In this document: piece by piece, positions 22,741 to 36,209 of the stretch
Layout of the letters: every line of letters starts with the position of its first letter
Position numbering within the stretch: the stretch's first letter is position 1
Assembly (NCBI RefSeq): GCF_001194135.2
Contig: NC_068981.1
Coordinates: 61,440,314-61,480,490, forward strand
From: Octopus bimaculoides
Lineage: Eukaryota
Direction of reading: 5' to 3'
Length of the DNA: 40,177 nucleotides
The notes under the pieces: model-generated
The model's input: the letters and a program-made list of their open reading frames with translations, nothing else
Told to the model about the DNA's origin: nothing
Database searches by the model: none
Made by a program: the position numbers and the translations under genes

Positions 22741-23405
22741 ACATATATTACGACACATAGAAACACACCGAGACAGACACGCCGGCGTATTATATGTAAT
22801 GCGATATGATATACGGAATATGATGCATGCATAGACTAAAATGTAAAAACATACTGCTGTCAATAGACAGTCATAAATGTATATATACGCCTTCGTAATG
22901 TTATATGCATGGTCATATAGGTTAATCAGCAAAGCCAGTAACAGATCGAATACAGCTGACAACAAGCTACAATCATCAGCAAAAGATATTTAGTAACGCA
23001 CTAATGATGTGTAAAAATGTTGCTTATCTCTGAACCAACAGACCATAGCAATTGTACTCGAAAATATTTTGGTGGGCTGCTAATCTGAAGAACCATTATT
23101 TCTCTTAAACTACTGGAACATATCACGCAAATTCCAGAAGTTACAAAGTTAGTTTTCCAATTTCATTTAAAGTGATTTGTGACTTCCCTCCCAGATGCAA
23201 AATTTAGGTAAACTCCTTCCGTGTCAGCAGCCAGATGGGTGGGCAGTAATCAGGCGACAGATTTCTTCGGAAAATTCTCTGAATACTATAATTTCTCAGA
23301 AACAATTCTAGGATTCAGTGGTAGTGATCTTTTTAAATTGAAATGTTGACCGACATCCCAGTGAAAAATATCAGGTTATAAGCTTTCTCACTGTGGTACA
23401 TATTT

Positions 23406-23459
23406 CTAGGAGCAGAAGATTGCGAAATATACCAAATAATAATTTGTGAAAGCCAGTAC
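23406..23459 (-). CDS. Candidate terminal coding exon (VLAFTNYYLVYFAIFCS*)
   Basis: It follows a 69-nt GT..AG intron (23528-23460, ending TTGTTAATAG) in phase 0 with the upstream exon. An alternative acceptor near 23274 (RIFRRNLSPDYCPPIWLLTRKEFT*) is also phase-compatible. Confidence 0.3.
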   Translation of the reverse strand, partial: VLAFTNYYLVYFAIFCS

Positions 23460-23528
23460 CTATTAACAAGTATATGATTTTAAATCACGTCAAAATGTGA
23501 AAACTATAGAACAGCGTGTCCAGCTTAC

Positions 23529-23755
23529 CATATTCATTGAATTACGATTATTTTTCGGAATGTAGGAAAAGCAACTGCGAAGATGTTGCTCTAAAGATTT
23601 GAGAGTTTGAACAAATAGTTGTAGATCATCAATAGATTTCATGATAGCATGCTCAGCGCAACGTGCTGAAGCTGTGACATCTCGACTTCCTCTCCGGTTG
23701 TTTATTGAATATAATACATTCCGTACATGCACCAACGTTGTGTCTGGGTGCTCTA
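23529..23755 (-). CDS. Candidate internal coding exon of an unidentified host gene (helical domain)
   Basis: Acceptor TTCTCTATTTAAG, donor ATG|GTAAGC, 227 nt. Only one frame is open: EHPDTTLVHVRNVLYSINNRRGSRDVTASARCAEHAIMKSIDDLQLFVQTLKSLEQHLRSCFSYIPKNNRNSMNM, with an amphipathic helical pattern. Confidence 0.55.
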
Positions 23756-24639
23756 CTTAAATAGAGAACAACTGATCATACATGTGATGACAGTATTTTG
23801 ATAGAGGTTTAGTAAACATTTCAACACTAAAATAAAAGATTTGTGTTATGCTATTTTCGATTTTCTGTCCCTATTGACATAGCAATGGTGGATCATTCTT
23901 TTGCGAATATCAGGGAAGTCACTTACCATTTTCAATGTGCGCTTGTCAGTGTTTGTTATATGAATAACAAAAGACTGGAATGCTGGAGAATGATTCTCTG
24001 AGGTTTTGAATTAAATATTACTGAACATTGTTGTGAAATTTTTGTAGGCATGAAGATTACGATTTATAGTGTTAATTTCCAAGACGCAGTTGTGATTTAC
24101 TGCATACTGTCAGCTGCGATTAATTTTAGGAAATTCACTCGGGTACGAAAAGGAAAACGAAGAGATGGCAGATGAAATGGGAGAAAAAAGATTAATAAAC
24201 CGAATCACATAACTGTGTGCGAATATGTGTCCAAGTGTGTGTGTATCAGTACATCTAAACATAAATACAGCAACTACACAGGATTATACCATATGTGTGC
24301 CTGTGTGTGAGTACCTTATATTATATGGCTGTAATCTCACACTTGTAAGAGATGTGAGACGCCAACTTCTTAATAGTTCATGGCTTTACTGAACAGAGCA
24401 TGATTATCTTTATGTTCCTTATTAACAATCATGTATTGGATATGGAATAGCTTGTATTAGCGTCGCAAGCAATGGCAATTTCGGCACTTTTGACTGATGT
24501 TTGTAACATTATGAATAAATTGATTACTAAACAATTTCAACATTGTACACTTTTTCTTAACTTAAGCGCCACCACACCATGATTTGGTGTCTGGATGAGA
24601 CGTTTCTAGTGATATTTACAATATGAAAGATTTTAATAC

Positions 24640-24682
<43 letters not shown>
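24640..24682. repeat. (TAA)n microsatellite
   Basis: Read directly from the sequence. Confidence 0.95.
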
Positions 24683-24683
<1 letters not shown>

Positions 24684-25499
24684 CTTTCAAATTGATGTAT
24701 CAATACCAACAGATGAAAACATTTTACCTTTTCTATCAATATATATATATATATATATATANNNNNNNNNNNNNNNNNNNNNNNNNNNNNNNNNNNNNNN
24801 NNNNNNNNNNNNNNNNNNNNNNNNNNNNNNNNNNNNNNNNNNNNNNNNNNNNNNNNNNNNNNNNNNNNNNNNNNNNNNNNNNNNNNNNNNNNNNNNNNNN
24901 NNNNNNNNNNNNNNNNNNNNNNNNNNNNNNNNNNNNNNNNNNNNNNNNNNNNNNNNNNNNNNNNNNNNNNNNNNNNNNNNNNNNNNNNNNNNNNNNNNNN
25001 NNNNNNNNNNNNNNNNNNNNNNNNNNNNNNNNNNNNNNNNNNNNNNNNNNNNNNNNNNNNNNNNNNNNNNNNNNNNNNNNNNNNNNNNNNNNNNNNNNNN
25101 NNNNNNNNNNNNNNNNNNNNNNNNNNNNNNNNNNNNNNNNNNNNNNNNNNNNNNNNNNNNNNNNNNNNNNNNNNNNNNNNNNNNNNNNNNNNNNNNNNNN
25201 NNNNNNNNNNNNNNNNNNNNNNNNNNNNNNNNNNNNNNNNNNNNNNNNNNNNNNNNNNNNNNNNNNNNNNNNNNNNNNNNNNNNNNNNNNNNNNNNNNNN
25301 NNNNNNNNNNNNNNNNNNNNNNNNNNNNNNNNNNNNNNNNNNNNNNNNNNNNNNNNNNNNNNNNNNNNNNNNNNNNNNNNNNNNNNNNNNNNNNNNNNNN
25401 NNNNNNNNNNNNNNNNNNNNNNNNNNNNNNNNNNNNNNNNNNNNNNNNNNNNNNNNNNNNNNNNNNNNNNNNNNNNNNNNNNNNNNNNNNNNNNNNNNN

Positions 25500-25793
25500 G
25501 AGCAAAGACACCTAAGGGTCCACAAGGCTTCGGCGAGGGATGGTGGTGAACCCTGCTGTACTCTCTCACCAGAAATTTCTCTCACTCTTACTTCCTGTTT
25601 CTGTTGTGCCCGTAATTCAAAGGGTCAGCCTTGTCACACTGTGTCACGCTGAATATCCCCGAGAAGTACGTTAAGGGTACACGTGTCTGTGGGGTGCTGA
25701 GCCACTTGCACGTTAATTTCACGAGCAGGCTGTTCCGTTGATCGGATCAACTGGAACGCTCGACGTCGTAAGTGACGGAGTGCCAACAACAAA
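25500..25793 (+). mobile_element. 3' portion of a dispersed retroposon (SINE or RTE-type tail ending in CAA repeats)
   Basis: A GC-richer segment ending GATCGGATCAACTGGAACGCTCGACGTCGTAAGTGACGGAGTGCCAACAACAA. It matches a common octopus repeat end from memory. The 5' part is lost in the N-gap. Confidence 0.5.
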
Positions 25794-26539
25794 TATATTT
25801 ATACTATTTTAGCTCCATTGCCTTAAATTTTTGTCGCTTTTATTATGCCTTAATTTATTCTATGTATTTTCTTCATTCGACTTCACTTGAATTACTCTTT
25901 TTAGGTTTCATCACGTCATATTCTTGAATATGCGTATATTTTATGCCCTTGGGTTTTTGCCATTGGGGGCCCTATTGTTTTAATATATATTTATATTCGA
26001 GTTTTGATAATGTGGAAATGATATAAAGTTGTTTTGACCGATGGGAGCGTTTATTCATTATGCCTTTTAATTTATTTCTCCTATATATATATACATATAC
26101 TAGCTGACGTACCCGGTAATTCCCTGAAAGCGGAGCTAATACCTTGGTTCTGTTCTCATAATTGTTTCGCTTATCCAATAATTACAATACAAAGTATTTA
26201 GCCCTTTAAACGTATTTGTGTATTTACAGAGAATACCAAAATGCCTTACATAGGATGTTGCTTTTAGTAAATCCCAATAAGTTATGAATACCTAAATCGT
26301 GAAATCAGTTATGTAATAACATGAAATTAGTTACCCGATAGTAAGAATTCCAATAAAGTAGACCCGAAAGGGGCTTTAATGTGTTCCCAGAGTATGTAGA
26401 ACTTAGGAGGAAATACTAATAAGGCATGTATACCAAAATCTTGAAGCGTGTTATGTAATAACAGGCTAATCGGATATGAGATAATGACAATTCAAAGTAA
26501 ATAAATCTGAAACGGGCTTTAGTGCGTTCCCAAAGAATA

Positions 26540-26607
26540 TTCTTCTTCTTCTTCTTCTTCTTCTTCTTCTTCTTCTTCTTCTTCTTCTTCTTCTTCTTCT
26601 TCTTCTT

Positions 26608-26638
<31 letters not shown>

Positions 26639-26640
26639 TT

Positions 26641-26711
<71 letters not shown>
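26540..26711. repeat. Compound trinucleotide microsatellite (TTC)n(ATT)n
   Basis: Read directly from the sequence. It is the source of the spurious poly-K/N and poly-F/L ORFs. Confidence 0.95.
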
Positions 26712-27171
26712 TGTAAGCGCTGGACACTATCCAATATTGTGATGTATATCAACAGAAAATGAAAAGAGGAATTAATGCAATATAAACCGCGTGAGAATTT
26801 AAAGTCCTTCATGCGTGTAGAATAATTTTAAACGACGATTTAAACATTCTGCACAGTTGTTACTACAATATTAACGTTAAGGGTGACAGTGAACAAGCAG
26901 AACATATTTCGTAAAAGTCATAAACCGTATCTTACAAGTATTTTATCGATGTTCTGATCATTACGCAAAATCACTTTATACTACGTACAGTGCTAATGGT
27001 TTCTTATACGTTATAATTTCCCTTTATGAAGGGCGGATGGGATCTACTGGCAAATATAACTACCTGAATATCAGACTGAATGTCTTTAAAGGCCGAAATA
27101 ATTACACACACGCATACACACACACACACACGCACGCACACACACACACACACACANNNNNNNNNNCACGC

Positions 27172-27209
<38 letters not shown>

Positions 27210-27229
27210 CACACATACAGCTGGGATAT

Positions 27230-27990
27230 TTCTAACTGTACAGAAGTGTCCTGTTCCTGGATCAGTTTAACTCCCAATGCCAAATTTGGTGCCGTCCCCT
27301 CTAGGACGTACCATATATATATCATCACATACGCCTCCTACACTCTCTCTAGAGTGACGAGTTGCGATTCTTTCAGTCACTTTTCCATATAATGAAATTC
27401 TTTTACTGATACAATATTCTTCGTGTAGTACCTATGATCTGTTGCTTGTTCCGCTGTTATACTGACATAATCCAGTGACTGTTGTTGAGAGACGGCATAG
27501 GACAAATGTTTTACGTAGAAGAAGCATAGATTACTGACCACTTGTTCTAAAATATCTCTGAGTCCAGCTAGTTATTTGCTTGAACATTGCCACCATCTGG
27601 TTGATAATTATATGAACTGAAGCATCATTGTTCATAACAATCACTAAATCCCACACTTTGTTTGACTCTGGGATTGACGCTAGTTCTGGTCCAAAATAGT
27701 GATGTTACGGCGTGTTAGCACAAATTAACTGATAGCGGGGTGTTGTAATGTTTCTGTATGAAATTAAATGTTGCATAATTCAGCCCATTTGTATATAGTG
27801 TCTGCATATTTCTGAAGATGGATTCATGAAGGATATTTCCAAAGAAGGATTCATCGTGAAAGTTCTTGACTGTTTCTGCCACATCTATACCGCCAGCATA
27901 GCTAGCAAGTGTGGAATGCCTGAGAATGCCTACATAAACAGCAGTTGTCCCAAGACAGTTCACTGAGGCACTCTACTCGCTATTAATATC
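27230..27990 (-). mobile_element. Decayed CR1/L2-type LINE, RT C-terminal part
   Basis: Minus strand: SRVPQ*TVLGQLLF (SGVPQGxVLGPLLF), ASYAGG (YADD), KVWDLVIVMNNDASVHI (VRDLG), and YIWYVLEGTAPN (IYxWKILEGxVPN). Confidence 0.8.
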
Positions 27991-28139
27991 TTCTTGAACA
28001 GGCGCATCTGTTCGTTGTTTATCATTTACATCATTTGTTTGAAATAATTGCTATTAATTTGGACTAATTTACTCTCCTGATTTGGTTAGAGATTTTGTTT
28101 GTATTTCAAATACCCTCGCCTTATTTTGAATTTCAACAG

Positions 28140-28229
28140 TCTCAAAGAAAGTATTCAAAAATGTTATATACCAAATGTATTACTGGATTCAGACAACACT
28201 TTAGGAGGATTTATTGGTGTAGAGCTAAG
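28140..28229 (+). CDS. Candidate coding exon (LKESIQKCYIPNVLLDSDNTLGGFIGVEL-R)
   Basis: Acceptor TTTTGAATTTCAACAG, donor AAG|GTGAGG, 90 nt. It ends in phase 2 and joins the next exon in an open frame. Confidence 0.55.
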
Positions 28230-28638
28230 GTGAGGGCAGATTACTATCACATCGTTATTCAATCCGGGCACATTATTTACTTTTAGATATAAATAAGCGA
28301 ATCATCTATGACCTTGCTTGACTAGGTATACATAACTTCGAAATAACGTTTGCAGTTGTTAGTATTTATAAAACAACTGAGTGTTTACAAAATTGGCTTA
28401 TTAAGATGTGCAACGGAACTATTATCGGCTTCTTAAAATATTTCTGTCTCACAGTGGTATTTTCACCGATGAATTTTTTTTTTTCATTATATGAAACAAA
28501 TAAAAGGATACCGACGACTATAATACGACGCTGTATGCTGGAATGCATAGATTAGTAGAGAAATGAAAGAAATTTCTTTCAATACGATGACGTAAAAACA
28601 TTTCAAAAATGTTATTCGCATCTCCATTCTTCTATCAG

Positions 28639-28681
28639 GGACAGTAGGATACGTTATAAAGCAGAAACGCCGATTATGTCA
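28639..28681 (+). CDS. Candidate coding exon (R-DSRIRYKAETPIMS)
   Basis: Acceptor CATTCTTCTATCAG, donor TCA|GTAAGT, 43 nt. It is phase-compatible with 28140-28229; the phase-0 reading hits a stop. Confidence 0.55.
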
Positions 28682-31109
28682 GTAAGTTTGATGCTTAAGT
28701 TAACATTGAGTGATAGTAGAATTGAAAATGTCTTGTTCATGCATTATTGGGAAAAATTGAATATTCAACCGAAGACACATCCTATTTGTAGATACATACT
28801 TCTATAAAATAAGTGAATCCATAGCAATTGCTTATTCCTTGATTCTTAAATGCAATGTTCACAAAGGTCATTGGAATTTCTGAACCAACTTATGCTCTTA
28901 CATAATTCATGCATAGGGATAAATAAATTGAGAAATCACATAACATAAGTCATGTTCTGATGAGATACATTCGAAAAGGACATCAGGAAAAGTCACTGAA
29001 GCAGTCATAATAAGCGAAAAGAAATTGCATTAACCAGATAGCAACTTTTGATGAGAGTGAATATAAAATAAAAATGTATTTCGTAGATTTTCTGCAAACG
29101 CAATTTCCTCAATTGCTAGGAATGTAATACTTCGATTATTTAGTAGTATGTATTGTAAAATTTGAAACCCTTACTGTCTGATATTAAATAATTCTGTGTA
29201 AGCACTTCATAAAGTGTTTTGGCAGGTATACACACGTAGACACGCGCATTTATTTGTACATAGATTGAAAATGGATTCTACTAACAAAACAAACAAGAAC
29301 ATTTTGATGTAAAATGTAATGATGTTTAAAATGTTAAAAGAATTATGTCAATGACAAATACAACAAAAAGTTTTTAGCTGTTGAGAATGCTGTGGCTGCT
29401 AAATTCTATTGGAAACTGCGTCGCTAACTCAAAGTATAGTATGAATCATTTAAAAATAAAATTCTTGCAAATTACATGCCCTGTTGGTTGTTTGAAAATG
29501 TGTTTCCAAATAGATTTCAGGATTAAAGAATAATGTTAGCAATTATTTAATCGATTAACCTGGTAAACTCGTTTTCCCTGGAGATATCAATTACTCCCTG
29601 ATATTTTTGACTTAGATAAGTTCAAGCATTCATAGATTTTTTCCGGTGGGAAAGGTGTGTTAAAACTTTACAGGCTCATTAAAGCAAAGTATTCTCTCAA
29701 TAAAAGTAGTCTGCTTCATTCATAATATATTTCCCGTAACATTAGAGTACTCAGTTAATATCTAGAACTAGGTTAAGAATAGTCATCTTCTGTATATATT
29801 TGTTTACGTATACAATACAGATGACAAAATGTATCACGTACGTGCCTGTACATCGTTGAATAAAACACACACTTCAGAATAAATTCACAATTGAAATGTT
29901 TATTCCTTATTGCATGACGGACGAAGCATATTGCAATGTGTACATGGACTCACAAACGATATTTTTAGGGAGAATTTCATCAACATATTTAATGAGTCAT
30001 ATTGAATTATTGCCTGAGATAGGTATTAAATATGTCTAGATATAAATATAGGAAACATGGTCATTAGGATAGATCTAACTTGAAATCGTTATATATTAAC
30101 ATAAAGTACGAAGATTCTTCCCTGGTCCCTTACGTTCTTTGTTAATGATGAATATCCAGAATGTACACCTGTTACGACGACAGTCTAAATGACTGTGACT
30201 TCAAAAGTTAAAATTTATTTCTTATAGAACCCCAGACCTATTGAAGAAAACTAATACAGAGTTGAAATGGTCCTTCTAATATACTAAGAATTTTGTTAAA
30301 CTTGAAATATTAGATGTCTTCCTCACTTATACTATCATTCTATCATGCATCATACGATATTTAATAAAAATAGCAGAGCGTTGACATTAACACGAAAAGA
30401 GTTCTATAAGAAGTGAAAGAAAAGTGTAAGTCAAAGTATAATGAGGTAAAGTCTGCTTTCCTACGTAAATCTCAAATTCCTGGTATCTACCATTTCAACG
30501 AAGTTTTACTTTCCTCTTTTGTACATCGTTAATGAACTTACGCATTCTCTTCAAAATCACGTACATAAAACACTAATTTGTTTTCTTAAAAAAATCATTT
30601 TAAAATAACTCTCCCGTTTTCCACGACGTTTCAGTGTATAAAGTATATCATTTGTAATTGTAAATCCGATTGCTCTATTATTGTGTTTTGGGTGATCATA
30701 ATATTCTATTTTTCAATTCTTTCAATTTTGACAAACAATCAGAATTGATAAATTCTTGCAAGTAATTAGACTAAAAATTAATGAAGAATTTGCAGTTACT
30801 ATCCGGTAGAAACATATTTGGTTCTAGCACTGAAAATGCATGCAGGTTATATTCAATATATTGGTTTCAACCGGTGGCGTGCAGTCGAGACAAGCTAGTT
30901 ATGCACTGCATGTCCGTTGATTCTTATATAACTAAAAATTCAATTTAAGAACCTAATATATTTATAACCACATTGAAAAAGTTGTCCAAATCATTGGAAA
31001 CTGAGCTAAAATAGTTACTGTGTTTGAAAGGAAACCCGTCCAGATTGGTACTTCACTGTGTTTCCATTTTGTTTCCACTAGACATGCTTAAGGAAAAACG
31101 CATATGAAA

Positions 31110-33000
31110 TCCTTTGTCCCCCAACCCTTCCTATCTTTCAACAACTATCATTTCAATGCCTGTAAGATTCTTTTTTATCTCCATAAAATAACTACGGAAG
31201 GCATGCTTTCAGGAAAACGCATATTGTGGCTTTTCCTTCCTTTCTATCAGTTCTTCTCTGTCAGCATTTTTTTGTTGCTAATGCGACAGCCTAAATTTTT
31301 GAATGGGTTTAGCAGTGAAAAATCTCTCCTGAAGCGCTCCAATGAGAAGAAAAGAGCAGACAAAGAAGCTTGGGTCATAGGAAAATCAGAACATAAAACC
31401 TTCTTTGGGTACAGGAGGGAAACTGCCTTCCTGCGTTACCGAATATAATCCCTCCTCCAAAAAGATGGCTCCCTTACAGAAAACTCAATGAGGATAAGTG
31501 ACACACTGAATGAAAAATCAAAAGTGTCTTCACTTCCACCCTTAGAGCACATGCCAGTTAGTAAACCTGTAGATTTCGTTACCACTACAGAACCAGGAAG
31601 GAAGGCAGAAAAATTGACTACATCAACGTCAAGTAACAGGAGCTCCTTTTTTACTGTAGTTTCTTTTTCTCTCTGATTGCACGCATCAGAAGTCATGAAC
31701 CGAATAGTCTGAAGAAAATTAATTGCATTTCTTGAAGAGACTAACTTGCTGAATGACACTCAGCACGGTTTTTGACCAGTGAAAAGCTGCCTCACACAGC
31801 TCTTGCAGCGTTACGACTGGGTGCTAAAGGAACTGCTCAACAATTCATATGTGGACGTGATATAACTCGTTTTGCAAAAGCCTTTGACAAAGTTGACCAT
31901 GGTATATGTCAAAACCTCCGAAATCTTGGCATACATCGATAACTTGGGGAATGCCTATATGACTTTCTAAACAGGGCCACTTCCTAGGAAGCACAAATAT
32001 TGAGTGTTGCTCCACAGAAGACTGTCTTGGAACCTTTGCTATTTATGGTAACCCTCTCAGACATGCCCTCAGCTGGCTGCTCACATATCTACCCGTGCAA
32101 GCTATGTAGACGATAGGAAACAGAACCCTGGGAGCTGGACGCAATAGAACGGTGGGCAGGGGAAAATAACATGTTGTTTAATGCTGGAGAACTCCAAGCT
32201 CTGTGCAACCAACACAGAAAGCTCAATGAAAACCAAATAATATACACTGGTCCAGGAGGGATTGGAATCCCTATATCAACATCAATGCATGATCTGGGCA
32301 TCGACATGAGTAATGATATATCTTTCCAGGTGCATATTATTAAGTTGGCAATAAATGCAGACGGTTGGCTGGAACGATCCTTCAACTTTCAAAACGGGAG
32401 AACAGGAAACCATGTTGTTCGTCTGCAGGGTTTTCGGTCTCAGCCTTCTAGATTACTGTCCTCAGCTGTGGTCACCAGCGTAAAAGTAACGACGGAACTC
32501 GAGGCGATGTAGCGAACTTACACAAAAGAGATTTCTCAGTGTGAAGTGTGCGCTACTGGGTGAGACTGAAAAAGTTAGGACGCTCCTCTCCAGAATGAAG
32601 GTGAGAAAGACACGCAGTAATATACATTTGGAAAATCCTAGAAGAACTAGTACCGAATGTTAACATTGTCAGTTACACAAACAACAGGGCTGACTGCATA
32701 GTAACAGAAAGAGCAACATTTGCATAAGGATACAGGACCAGATACTACAGCAGTTTGGACTTCAAGGGCATACAGCTCTTTAATATCCTCCCACAAAACC
32801 CGAGAGACTTGCATGAATGTGGATGTAGGCGTTTTCAAAACAAACATGGATCTACTTCTTTCAAGAATTCATGATGAACCTACATCAAGGCAAGAAACAC
32901 AGATAAGGCGAGCAACGTGAAACGTCCTCATTCACTAAATGTTACACATCAGAAGAGGTGAAGGGTCTTAGTGAAAGCAAAGGAAACAGCATGGTTGCAG
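31110..33000 (+). mobile_element. Decayed, 5'-truncated CR1/L2-type LINE (RT and 3' end)
   Basis: Ordered motifs: LLQKDGSLT..LNEK..SVFT, LLNDTQHGF*PVKSCLTQLL, FAKAFDKVDHG (~31872), PQKTVLEPLLF (~32010), ASYVDD (~32100), MHDLGIDMSND, IYIWKILEELVPN, FKTNMDLLLSRIHDEP (~32860). An internal deletion removes the NYRP region. Confidence 0.92.
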
Positions 33001-34068
33001 TATGTATATAGCCTCGAATTGTGTGGAGCGAGAGACAGAGTAGTCTCCCATATAATACTGTAAAATGTAATGGTGTATTAATATGAATTATCTTCTGTGT
33101 GATGTCCAGAATTGAAATGTTGCTGCACAAGTTTATTGATACATTTCCATTTGTTGCTGGGGGGGGGGGGGTATTTGTTTAATGAATTACAATATATTTT
33201 TTCCTGATTAGCTATTTCTCTTCAACCAGTACATTGAATATTACTTGATGGTAGTGTTTTCGCAAATTTTGAAGCGTAATATATAAAGATGCTTATAAAT
33301 TTTTTGAAACATAAATCTTTTTCGGAACAACTAATGCGTTACATTCGAGAACTTTACTGCAAATAACGGTAGAAACAAGCCAATTAGAAATAAGATGTGT
33401 TACATACCTCAAAGGAACATGGGGCATGAACACTGTTTTTTGTTCTATGCCCTATACATATAAAACGATTCACACCAAAAAATACATAAAATTATATAAA
33501 GAATACGGAACTATAAACGCGCCAGGACTGATAAGAACATGAGAAATTTAGGAAACTTTTGTCGAAAAATGAATAAGACTATACGTACATAGATATTTCG
33601 CAGTCACAGTTGGTGTCAATCACAGTGGCACCGACACTGAATTGAAAAACCTCATATAATTCGTTATCCTTTCAATTTGTCTATTAAATACATGATCATA
33701 CGTAAATTATATATAAATATTGATTTATGCCCACAAACGCAAGTTATTAAAAATATGACAGGCGTATGTATGTGTGACTTGTATGTCTTTGTGTTTCTAT
33801 GCCTGTATGTATGTACGTGTACATACGAACCATACACGGGTACACATGAAGAGCTGCCAAGTTGCATGTGTGTAAATCCATCTATCTATATATCTGTCTA
33901 TCTATCTCTATGATTATGTGTGTGCATGCATATATATATAAATGTGTGATTGTATACTGACATAAATATGTGAGTACATATGTGTGTGCGTGTTGGCGCA
34001 TACCTTCAAATGCTTCATTACTCATTATACAAGGAGCTTATCAAAGATTTGTTAAATGCATGTCAATG

Positions 34069-34230
34069 TACGTCCTGAGTTCAATTTCCGCAGCGGTCGA
34101 CTTAGCCTTTCATCCCTTTGGGGTCGATTAAACAAGTAACAGTTACGCAATGGGATCGATGTAATCGACTTAATCCCTTTGTCTGTCCTTGTTTGTCCCC
34201 TCTCTGTTTAGGGCAATAAAGAAATAAATT
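34069..34230 (+). mobile_element. tRNA-derived SINE, 5'-truncated
   Basis: GAGTTCAATTTCCGCAGCGGTCGACTTAGCCTTTCATCCCTTTGGGGTCGAT..GTCGAT-like core..GGGCAATAAAGAAATA. The head is homologous to 20500-20600. Confidence 0.85.
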
Positions 34231-35324
34231 ACGTACAAACACTTAGTTCATATGCAGGATTCGATATTCGTGAGAATACTATGCGACAATACTGCTAAAG
34301 TAGAAATATATTCCCTGATAGTGAAAAGTATGTGGCAGAGGATGTTTCGATGCATATAGGTTTACTCCCATAGAGACATATATTAACATATACACATATG
34401 CATGTAAAAATATGCATAAATATTCGTTAGCATCAAGGCATACAGACACACCACACAAATAACTATTATGTACGAACCTACACATACACAAATACATGCA
34501 CGCACACACATACGTTTTGTTTTTGTTTTTGCCTTTGGAAACGTCGGAATTGAATCCTATCGTACAAACAAGAACGGAATAATTTCGAATGCAGTTCCGT
34601 CATATGCTCAAACTTTCGGCTGTTTTCAGGGCCATACTGCGTTCGATATTATTCCTTTACTGTTTGTATGATATATATATATATATANNNNNNNNNNNNN
34701 NNNNNNNNNNNNNNNNNNNNNNNNNNNNNNNNNNNNNNNNNNNNNNNNNNNNNNNNNNNNNNNNNNNNNNNNNNNNNNNNNNNNNNNNNNNNNNNNNNNN
34801 NNNNNNNNNNNNNNNNNNNNNNNNNNNNNNNNNNNNNNNNNNNNNNNNNNNNNNNNNNNNNNNNNNNNNNNNNNNNNNNNNNNNNNNNNNNNNNNNNNNN
34901 NNNNNNNNNNNNNNNNNNNNNNNNNNNNNNNNNNNNNNNNNNNNNNNNNNNNNNNNNNNNNNNNNNNNNNNNNNNNNNNNNNNNNNNNNNNNNNNNNNNN
35001 NNNNNNNNNNNNNNNNNNNNNNNNNNNNNNNNNNNNNNNNNNNNNNNNNNNNNNNNNNNNNNNNNNNNNNNNNNNNNNNNNNNNNNNNNNNNNNNNNNNN
35101 NNNNNNNNNNNNNNNNNNNNNNNNNNNNNNNNNNNNNNNNNNNNNNNNNNNNNNNNNNNNNNNNNNNNNNNNNNNNNNNNNNNNNNNNNNNNNNNNNNNN
35201 NNNNNNNNNNNNNNNNNNNNNNNNNNNNNNNNNNNNNNNNNNNNNNNNNNNNNNNNNNNNNNNNNNNNNNNNNNNNNNNNNNNNNNNNNNNNNNNNNNNN
35301 NNNNNNNNNNNNNNNNNNNNNNNN

Positions 35325-35381
<57 letters not shown>

Positions 35382-35651
35382 AAGTGAGAGTGCAAAGGAA
35401 TAATCGATTGTCTCAAGGTGTTACTCAGGCATTCAAATATGAGTCCTGTGCATGTTATAGCCGAAACCGTTGTAAACTAATGAATTTCATAAGATACTTG
35501 TTTATTCCTTTCTCATCTGATTTTCATATTACCTCTCTGTACTGGATTAACGCTTATGTGTACTGAGTTCTACACCTGATTATTAGTGTCGCAAAACCCA
35601 AGCGAAATGTAAGCACATACATTCCTTCATACATGCATACATAATACATAG

Positions 35652-35682
<31 letters not shown>

Positions 35683-36209
35683 CATGCATACATAGATACA
35701 TACATACTTATATATGCATACCTATATATGTTTGTATATGCACTGTGGATACATTGTTTTAGTATGGTATATATAAATGCTTATAATTATGTCCTTTCGG
35801 TTATGTCATACTGCGGACGGTAAAGTTAATTCTTTTTTTCTTCACTCTCACGCTTTCAGCCCTTGTCTATCTGATAAATACGGTACTTTTAGTATATTTG
35901 GTGTCTTCTACTACCTTGAGACATTACTCATTAGTTCCAATTTCTATACGTTCAGAATCTTATTTATAGAAATAACTATTTTCTATTAATTTCTACCTAA
36001 ATGTTTTTCACATGCTAGCTATTTGATAAAATTCTATATTGATTTTCTCCTTGATTATAATGATAAATATGAATTTACTTAAACCATATCTATTCGCTGC
36101 TGAATTATCTTGGTTATTCACACGTAGCTGAGATGAACGAATTCATTTAACTTGTATATAAACAGGAAAATTTGTATATACACTATGGATACATGGTGTT
36201 GTTAGGATA

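Noticed and set aside
26095-26140. ACTAGCTGACGTACCCGG resembles the start of a non-autonomous Helitron
   Set aside because: No matching 3' hairpin plus CTAG end could be identified.
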